A stretch of 32,000 nucleotides of DNA, taken from Candidatus Heimdallarchaeota archaeon. GTDB lineage: Archaea; Asgardarchaeota; Heimdallarchaeia; Heimdallarchaeales; Kariarchaeaceae. The position numbers and the translations under genes are program-made. Of the stretch, positions 25,554 to 32,000 are shown piece by piece (position 1 is the stretch's first letter; each line of letters opens with the position of its first letter). The DNA lies in the NCBI GenBank assembly GCA_030149205.1, contig JASBSB010000007.1, positions 150,001 to 182,000 on the forward strand, given 5' to 3'. The notes under the pieces were generated by a model. The model was not told the DNA's origin. It saw only the letters and a program-made list of their open reading frames with translations, and did no database searches.

Positions 25554-26309
25554 TCAAGAATTTTTAGTTATAATGGGAAAAAACATTGCATTTGAGTTTA
25601 TAGCATCAGTTCTAATCTTAGAAGGGGTGGTTATAACGTAATAATACCCAGCATTAAGTTTATCAAAGTAACAAAGTTCCATTACGAATCTATGTTTTAC
25701 TTGATTTTCAAAAAATAGTTTATGTGACGATAAATTTGAGTCCTCTTCACTATCAATTGAGGGTAAATCAGTAATCAAGCCTACAACCTTATTATACGTA
25801 GTAGAGAATTCATTAATTACTTCAATAAAATCTGTTGAAATAAAAGTAAATTTTTTTCCAGTAAAGTCTGTATCTTCAGAGAGAGTACTTGATTGTGTTT
25901 TAACTGCAATAAAAGAGATGGGTAAATTTATTCTGTTAAGAACTTGTCTGATATGATCTCCCGTAAGTTTTTCATAATATGAGTTTGATAGATCAATCAA
26001 GTAACAAATCCCATGTAAATTAGATGTTGGTAGATCTGAGACATCAACGGATTCTTTGTCAGCTATATGATTCTCTGTTTCTATATGTGTTATATTGTGG
26101 GGGCTAAAGGTTAACACATTAACATTGCAAGACCCTCCAAGGGAAATATCACCTGTAAATTCATCATTTGAAAAGGAGGTAGAATCAAATAATGGTAAAT
26201 TAAAGCAATTGCTTTGATTGGTTCTACTGGTTTTTCGACCAACCGTTAAAGGGTCACCTAACAAATAGGTTGTGTTATTAATTTGAAGTTGTAAAGTAAT
26301 CAGATTCAT
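25554..26309 (-). CDS. Cyclase family / kynurenine formamidase-like metallohydrolase
   Basis: GGSCNVN..FSPHNITHIETENH is a variant of HxGTHxDxPxH; also DLPSIDSEED...SHKLFF and ELCY. Confidence 0.7.
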   Translation of the reverse strand: MNLITLQLQINNTTYLLGDPLTVGRKTSRTNQSNCFNLPLFDSTSFSNDEFTGDISLGGSCNVNVLTFSPHNITHIETENHIADKESVDVSDLPTSNLHGICYLIDLSNSYYEKLTGDHIRQVLNRINLPISFIAVKTQSSTLSEDTDFTGKKFTFISTDFIEVINEFSTTYNKVVGLITDLPSIDSEEDSNLSSHKLFFENQVKHRFVMELCYFDKLNAGYYYVITTPSKIRTDAINSNAMFFPIITKNS

Positions 26310-26339
26310 TCAGGTTTTAGTTAGATTAAACATTTATAT

Positions 26340-27854
26340 CTATTGCTTCGTAACAGACTTGATAACTCGATTAAATCTTGAAAGTTTAGTCGGTAGCTTT
26401 GTAGAAATTAAATTATAGTCTTCAATGTTCAATGGTTTAAACATTATTAAAGTCAAAATAATAAGTATCGACAAAATAAAATTTGTAAGCAAGCTGTTAA
26501 CAGAAAAGAGATCCAAGATAAAGCTGGAAGAAACTACTGTCAAAATAAACAGATAATATCTCAAATTCACAAGTTTCTTCAAATACCCACCATATTCTGT
26601 TTTTAACGATATGTAAATAATGAATCCCAACTTTCCAAAAATAAATGCAATAATTATTGCAGATACACCTATAAGAGGAGTAAATGATACTGAAATTAAT
26701 ATTTCAATAAATAGTGATAGAAAAATACCAAGAATAATTTGTTTGAATTTTTCAAATGCAATCACATACATCTGTAAAATACTGTTAATTATGATAAAAA
26801 TTTGACCGATTATAATATAGGGTTGAAGATAGAGTCCTGAATCATAATTTTCACCTATCAGAATATGAGTAATCAGAACCCTATTTATAAAAAATAAGCT
26901 AAAAGCCAATATTGAAATTAGAAATACAATTTTTGAAATTGAAACAATTACAATATTAGCTCTGTCATTATCTCTGGTAGATAGCTTTGTAAAAATAGGA
27001 TACAATCCAGCAATAAATACAGTCACCGCCTCTCCCACCACTTCAATAACACGTTTAATTGCAGTATAAAGTCCTAAAGTTTCACTTGGGTAAAATAAAG
27101 ATATGACATATCGATCATAATGCAATTCAAATAATCTAAATCCAGTAATAAAGTAAATTGGAATCCCAAATATCAGCATGGATTTAATTAGAGATAATTC
27201 GAAGCTTGGCCTTTGGATTATATATTTTGGTTTCCATGTTACCAACGTAATTGTGATAGATGCAATAAACGAAACCATCCATGCCCAAAGCACACTTGTT
27301 ACAGATTGACCAAAATAATAAAACAATGGTACTGTTATTGAAGTTAATACTGAATAAGACCCGGTAAGTAAGTTAATCCGATTTACTTCAAGATACGCAA
27401 TAAACAAATTTATTAACAATGTGTATAATGAATTCAGTACCACTACTATAAGAAAAACATTAATGACATACCAATCAAAATTGGTGACCTTTAAAGCCAT
27501 CAAAAAATTGAGAATTAAGGAAACTGGGAGAATTATAACAATAGAAGTACCATAAATGTTTTTCAGAAGCTTTTTCTGTGATATTTTTTTCTTTATTGTC
27601 CATTGTGTAAATGCATAATACAATCCTAGGTCAGAAAAGTTCCCAATTAATGTTAAAAAGATTGAAAGGGTTGTTAAATATCCAAGTTCTGCTTTATTTG
27701 TGCTTATTAACCTATAAAAAATAGCAATATAAACCAAGGAGACAGATCTTACAATAAGCACTTTGATGATTGATGAGCCAACAAAAGATGCATATTTTTC
27801 ACCAAGAGAGATTTCCTCCTGAATTGTTTCATCTTCAACCTCACCATTTAACAT
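26340..27854 (-). CDS. Oligosaccharide/polysaccharide flippase (Wzx/MOP superfamily)
   Basis: About 12-14 TM helices; LGYLTT, FSDLGL, MLIFGIPIY and DRYVISLF..ETLGLYTA. Confidence 0.85.
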   Translation of the reverse strand: MLNGEVEDETIQEEISLGEKYASFVGSSIIKVLIVRSVSLVYIAIFYRLISTNKAELGYLTTLSIFLTLIGNFSDLGLYYAFTQWTIKKKISQKKLLKNIYGTSIVIILPVSLILNFLMALKVTNFDWYVINVFLIVVVLNSLYTLLINLFIAYLEVNRINLLTGSYSVLTSITVPLFYYFGQSVTSVLWAWMVSFIASITITLVTWKPKYIIQRPSFELSLIKSMLIFGIPIYFITGFRLFELHYDRYVISLFYPSETLGLYTAIKRVIEVVGEAVTVFIAGLYPIFTKLSTRDNDRANIVIVSISKIVFLISILAFSLFFINRVLITHILIGENYDSGLYLQPYIIIGQIFIIINSILQMYVIAFEKFKQIILGIFLSLFIEILISVSFTPLIGVSAIIIAFIFGKLGFIIYISLKTEYGGYLKKLVNLRYYLFILTVVSSSFILDLFSVNSLLTNFILSILIILTLIMFKPLNIEDYNLISTKLPTKLSRFNRVIKSVTKQ

Positions 27855-27951
27855 AATATCTCATTAATCTTCACTTCATAAATGCTCCTCAATAGAAAAT
27901 AGTTTTCAGATGCATTTACAGGGACTGAATGTGAATTTCATAAAGTACATT

Positions 27952-30900
27952 TCAGAAAAATTCACTCAAATCTAATTGTTTATCTTCTTCCTCAGGAAAA
28001 AGACCTTCAATACCTAACCTAATCCTATCAATCCGATCAATCATATACTGAGATAAATTGTACTTTTCTATTAACATTTGAGAAATGCTGAGATATTTTG
28101 AAACACTTGCTGCATGAATATTTAGCCTTAATTTGGTTTTATCTGTACACTTTTGATTCGTGCAAAAACCACTTAAAGGGACTCTTCTATACTTTTTCTT
28201 GCAAATTGGACAATAAACCCCCTGGCCAGCAAATGATCTAAGATTCCCCATGAGATCTGGTACAAAATGCTTTTTCAATACCTGAGATGCCACAAACCTT
28301 TCATCTACACTTGAAATTAAAGTTGCCAATTCCATCTGAGCGAGTAATTTATCTTGCATTGAAGGTATTGTCTTATATTTTGTAACAAGTGGACCAATAT
28401 CTATTTGTGAGGTAGAATGCGTGTATGGTATACTTAGAAACTGTTTGAATGTTCCAAGAAAGTTTTCCACTCTTGGAATTTTATTACTAATAGCAGTTGG
28501 AGCTCTTCCAGTTTCTGAATCAATATAGAGTTCCATTGGATATTCATATGTTGCATCTAGATTAAATGCTTCATCATCAACTTCTTGAGGATTTAATTTA
28601 GAAACTAGAACAAGAGGTGCATCCATTTTAGACCCTCGGGTGGTTGGTAAATATTGCTTTGAAAAATTGAGAAATCCATCTAAAAGCAATACAATTCCAT
28701 CTTCATCTCCATCACACTGTCCAGTAAACAATCCGTTGGATAACAATATGTTATGGTAAGGAGATTTCCCTTTGACTTCCTCCTCAACTTCAAGACAATA
28801 GCTATAATCGAGAACAGATTGAAATTCTATCTTCATTATTTTTAATTCCTCTGTTACTAGGTCCTTTAAGCTGCTTTTTGAAGAATTTAAGTTTGTTGAT
28901 AATATTTTATCCCCAACTTTAAGGTCTCTGGCTGAGACATATGATGTTTTGTTGCCAATAGAAAGTAACTGTTTGTGCCCCTGAGTCATTTTAATTACTT
29001 TCCCCCCTTGAGTTGTAACTATAACCCAATTATAATCAGACCCTTTGACCCAATGTTTTATTCTTTGGAATATTACATTCCCAGATTCTTCATCAACACT
29101 AATTACCCGGTAGTTCGTGAGAGAATTTTTAATTGTTTTAGAACCAAATTCATCTACAATTCTAGAAACATTAGTTCTTGCTTCATTATACTCTACGATT
29201 GAACCAATAGGAGTTTTTACAATCTCCCCACAGTCCATATCTACTAAAATCAGTTCTTCATTATAAGCTAAACAGTTTCTTCTCTTTGCCGAGTGCCAAT
29301 AAGGGTGGGCCCAACAGACACTTGCACGTGTAAAACCAATAATTCTCCCTATAACACCTGCACTGGTATGTGGGGCTAAACCTATAACCAAATGACCAAT
29401 GACATCTTTTCCAGTTTGAAACTTATAATAAGGAGGAAGATCATATACATTAGATAATAATTCATCTATAAAATTTGACACCTTTAAGGCATGGTCTTGA
29501 AAGCTTTTGTTAACAATTATATCTTGGGGAAATAACGCAACAATTTGGTTTTCCTTTTCTAGGAGATTACCTTCAACATCCTTGATATATCCCAGATCAT
29601 TTAACTTCTTAACACTGGTTCCAATTTCAGCAGGTGTGAAATGGGTTAAGGGAGCATCTGTTGCATCATACCTGATTGTCCCATCTCGAAAAACATGAAG
29701 ATCGTACTTTCCTCTCAAAATACCTTTTTCTAACATTTCAGGAACAAAATTAGGATTATTCAATTTATCAATTAGCTTAACTGATTTTGGGATTTCACCA
29801 ATTTTGGTTTGAATTTCCGATATTAGTTCATGAATTTTAACCTTGTAGGTTTTCCTGAAGCTTACACTGCTTCCACAATTATCACAAGGTTCTTCATCCA
29901 TTTCCATTCCACAAAGTCTGTTAGTACACCTGCCTACCAATCTTGTCTCCTCTCCACATTGAATACAAACTCTTTGATATTGATCTAACTTACATTTTTC
30001 ACATCGACGATGTGATAGTGCAATTATAACTTCATCCAATAGTTCTGCCTTTCTTAATTCATTTCTGATTCCTCTCGCTTGACTAAGAGGGAACAATCCA
30101 TGACGTGCTGGTCTAATTCTTCTACTTTTGGCCTTTTCAGGTCTTCCCATCCTTGCACCCATAGTTGTTCCCATAACATCTAAGACTATTAACTCAGAAT
30201 GCTGTTGGATAAGATCAAGCCCATCTTTAAATTCTATGTTTTGAATCTTTGTATCTGGCCTTAGTTGTGCTAAAAAGGTCAACTGATACTCAACAAAAAT
30301 TCTGTTGTTAGTAATTTTATACAAAGTTAATGATTTATCAAGAATACTTAGAATTTCATCATTTACTGGAGGGTTCTCTTCATTAAAATAATAATGCAGC
30401 TTTTGAACCTCTTCTTGTGACAAATATTTCCAAGCGACAAGATATTTAGGATGTAAAGGTATATTTAATTCATTTGAAATTTTAATTGCTTCTTCTTCAT
30501 CTGGGGAATGATCCAGCAGCTCTTTCATAAAAGTTGATTTTTTGTAATTAAGTTTAAAATAATCATTGTTTTTTGATCTTAAAATCTGATACCACCATTC
30601 TTCAGTAAATCCTGATGGAACTAATCGATAGTTATTCTGAACAAATTCTCCAAATCCAATTAATAAATCACCAACAAATAATATCTTTTCAATTTTTGGG
30701 AAAATTTGAACTGCTTTTTCATAACTTGTAACCTCAATTACATCACCTGAGGACAGTTTGACAATTGGTGGTCTAATAGTATCAACAGGTGTGACAATAG
30801 AACCTTTTCCCGGTCTTTCTGTTCTTACATGAGTTCCTGGGGCTAAAAAATCATTTAAAACTCCAAAAGTTGCTGGGTGAATTCCTATAGCTGCAATTCC

Positions 30901-31980
30901 AGTATTTCTTGAATGACCATACCTAACACGAAATCCTCCGGGTTGAGTTGCACCTGAAAAGATTGGTCTTCCCGAAATAGCATCCGATAGGAATGAAAAA
31001 TCTGGGTTAACAACATATTCTCCTTTATTGACATTTTTCTTTTTGGAATTTTTAAAAGTGCTGTATTTCCCAGCTGCGATCTCTTCTATCCACTCCCAAC
31101 CCTCTAAATTAAGCTTTCTGATTCTCTTGAGTAATTTTTTTGCCCTTCCAACAACACCATCATTTAGTACAAGGCAGGCTCCTCCCCTCAGTCTGTTTGT
31201 TTCCATTGATTCAATATTTCTATATCCACTAACTTCTTCTTTCTCAGTGGGGTCACCTGAAATCATAACTGGTAGATTTTTCCAGGTGAATAGTATTTCT
31301 TTATCACTCGTAGGTAACTGAAGATGAACTTTTGAATTATATGCTCTTACCTCTTCTAGCATTCTTTGAGCTTCTGAATCACTGGATTTATATCTCTCAA
31401 GCCCTAACGTTTTTCTCACATGATCTGCAATTAAAATTGATACACCCTGGGCAGTCCCCCCAGCGGATCTAATTGGACCAGAAAAATAAATAACAAGATA
31501 GTTTGACCCATCTGGGTTGGATTTAATACTAACTCTTGAGATCCCTTCAATGGGAGCTGCAGTTATTCCCTCAGTTTGAACTGATAAGGCTGTACGAATC
31601 GCTTGCTCAGCAAGAATCTGAGGAGAACCATTTTCAAATTTCCCCTGAGCTATCTCTTCAGCTATTTTCAAAACAATTTTGTCTTTAGGTAACCGCTCAA
31701 CAAATTCCATCTCCCGGAGTCTTTTCGCTACATTTTTAGGCCCTACTAAACCCTCTGTCCTTGAAGCAACATCTTCAGCTCTATAAATCTCTACGTCATC
31801 TGTGGGATCCAATCTCTTTGCTCTGGCTAACTCAGCCACTTTATGAGCCTCATCTACCAAGCTTTCCAATTTTTGGTGATAGGGAAATTTGTTTGAAAGA
31901 TCTTGAAAAGAATGTTTTTTCACCAATCTTTTCTCATTTGAGTTATCTTTCTCAATACTTGGTATCGACACTAAAAACAA
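27952..31980 (-). CDS. polC: DNA polymerase D large subunit DP2, intein-containing
   Basis: TEGITAAPIEGI, YFSGPIRSAGGT, GFRVRYG, GARMGRPEK, DGTIRYD, AKRRN/CDGDED catalytic region, Zn-finger Cys pairs and C-terminal PIP box QLDLSEFF. Confidence 0.97.
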   Translation of the reverse strand: MFLVSIPSIEKDNSNEKRLVKKHSFQDLSNKFPYHQKLESLVDEAHKVAELARAKRLDPTDDVEIYRAEDVASRTEGLVGPKNVAKRLREMEFVERLPKDKIVLKIAEEIAQGKFENGSPQILAEQAIRTALSVQTEGITAAPIEGISRVSIKSNPDGSNYLVIYFSGPIRSAGGTAQGVSILIADHVRKTLGLERYKSSDSEAQRMLEEVRAYNSKVHLQLPTSDKEILFTWKNLPVMISGDPTEKEEVSGYRNIESMETNRLRGGACLVLNDGVVGRAKKLLKRIRKLNLEGWEWIEEIAAGKYSTFKNSKKKNVNKGEYVVNPDFSFLSDAISGRPIFSGATQPGGFRVRYGHSRNTGIAAIGIHPATFGVLNDFLAPGTHVRTERPGKGSIVTPVDTIRPPIVKLSSGDVIEVTSYEKAVQIFPKIEKILFVGDLLIGFGEFVQNNYRLVPSGFTEEWWYQILRSKNNDYFKLNYKKSTFMKELLDHSPDEEEAIKISNELNIPLHPKYLVAWKYLSQEEVQKLHYYFNEENPPVNDEILSILDKSLTLYKITNNRIFVEYQLTFLAQLRPDTKIQNIEFKDGLDLIQQHSELIVLDVMGTTMGARMGRPEKAKSRRIRPARHGLFPLSQARGIRNELRKAELLDEVIIALSHRRCEKCKLDQYQRVCIQCGEETRLVGRCTNRLCGMEMDEEPCDNCGSSVSFRKTYKVKIHELISEIQTKIGEIPKSVKLIDKLNNPNFVPEMLEKGILRGKYDLHVFRDGTIRYDATDAPLTHFTPAEIGTSVKKLNDLGYIKDVEGNLLEKENQIVALFPQDIIVNKSFQDHALKVSNFIDELLSNVYDLPPYYKFQTGKDVIGHLVIGLAPHTSAGVIGRIIGFTRASVCWAHPYWHSAKRRNCLAYNEELILVDMDCGEIVKTPIGSIVEYNEARTNVSRIVDEFGSKTIKNSLTNYRVISVDEESGNVIFQRIKHWVKGSDYNWVIVTTQGGKVIKMTQGHKQLLSIGNKTSYVSARDLKVGDKILSTNLNSSKSSLKDLVTEELKIMKIEFQSVLDYSYCLEVEEEVKGKSPYHNILLSNGLFTGQCDGDEDGIVLLLDGFLNFSKQYLPTTRGSKMDAPLVLVSKLNPQEVDDEAFNLDATYEYPMELYIDSETGRAPTAISNKIPRVENFLGTFKQFLSIPYTHSTSQIDIGPLVTKYKTIPSMQDKLLAQMELATLISSVDERFVASQVLKKHFVPDLMGNLRSFAGQGVYCPICKKKYRRVPLSGFCTNQKCTDKTKLRLNIHAASVSKYLSISQMLIEKYNLSQYMIDRIDRIRLGIEGLFPEEEDKQLDLSEFF
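28717..29274 (-). mobile_element. Mini-intein (186 aa, no homing endonuclease) in DP2
   Basis: Begins CLAYNEE after KRRN; block B MTQGH; ends YCLEV...HN..LSNGLFTGQ followed by the extein CDGDED. Removing it restores the conserved RRNCDGDED. Confidence 0.93.
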
Positions 31981-32000
31981 CCTGTGAATAAATATTTATC

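Noticed and set aside
28717-29274. Homing endonuclease within the DP2 intein
   Set aside because: It is only 186 aa with no LAGLIDADG or HNH motifs.
2615-31991. Short ORF-track entries antisense to or nested in confident genes (e.g. 2615-2818, 3439-3627, 5022-5249, 5268-5783, 9337-9905, 10721-11077, 11325-11549, 12699-13064, 16875-17204, 18437-18640, 19168-19482, 23114-23311, 24268-24492, 25158-25355, 26620-26805, 28975-29698, 31028-31321, 31761-31991)
   Set aside because: They are shadow frames overlapping well-supported genes, with no motifs and antisense-like composition.
1-32000. CRISPR arrays, IS elements, prophage or defence genes
   Set aside because: No regularly spaced direct repeats, transposase, integrase or viral hallmark motifs were seen.

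Overview
This is an AT-rich, gene-dense 32 kb archaeal chromosomal segment, most likely from an Asgard archaeon (Heimdallarchaeia-like). That call is inferred from the co-occurrence of PolB1, PolD DP2, RpoL, a eukaryote-type ubiquitin E2, split GcvPA/PB, an MCP and the AMP phosphorylase/R15P isomerase pair. Most genes are housekeeping or metabolic. I found no tRNA, rRNA, CRISPR array or transposase; the only mobile element is a 186-aa Gln-terminated mini-intein in DP2. The standout is 15808-16469, a 121-aa protein with an E2F/DP-type winged-helix signature (KRRVYD...LI...W) and a short beta-rich tail resembling a DP marked box. It lies downstream of a 307-bp AT-rich intergenic region containing a perfect 23-bp palindrome with two CGCGCG cores and three further E2F-site-like GC motifs. 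This suggests a minimal, possibly autoregulated archaeal E2F/DP circuit (inference, untested). Other candidate eukaryote-like elements are a stand-alone E2 whose first helix needs a non-canonical start, a 1040-aa putative longin plus alpha-solenoid protein, a TRAP-beta-like glycoprotein and a LAP3-like M17 aminopeptidase. All family assignments come from motif recognition by eye, not database searches.
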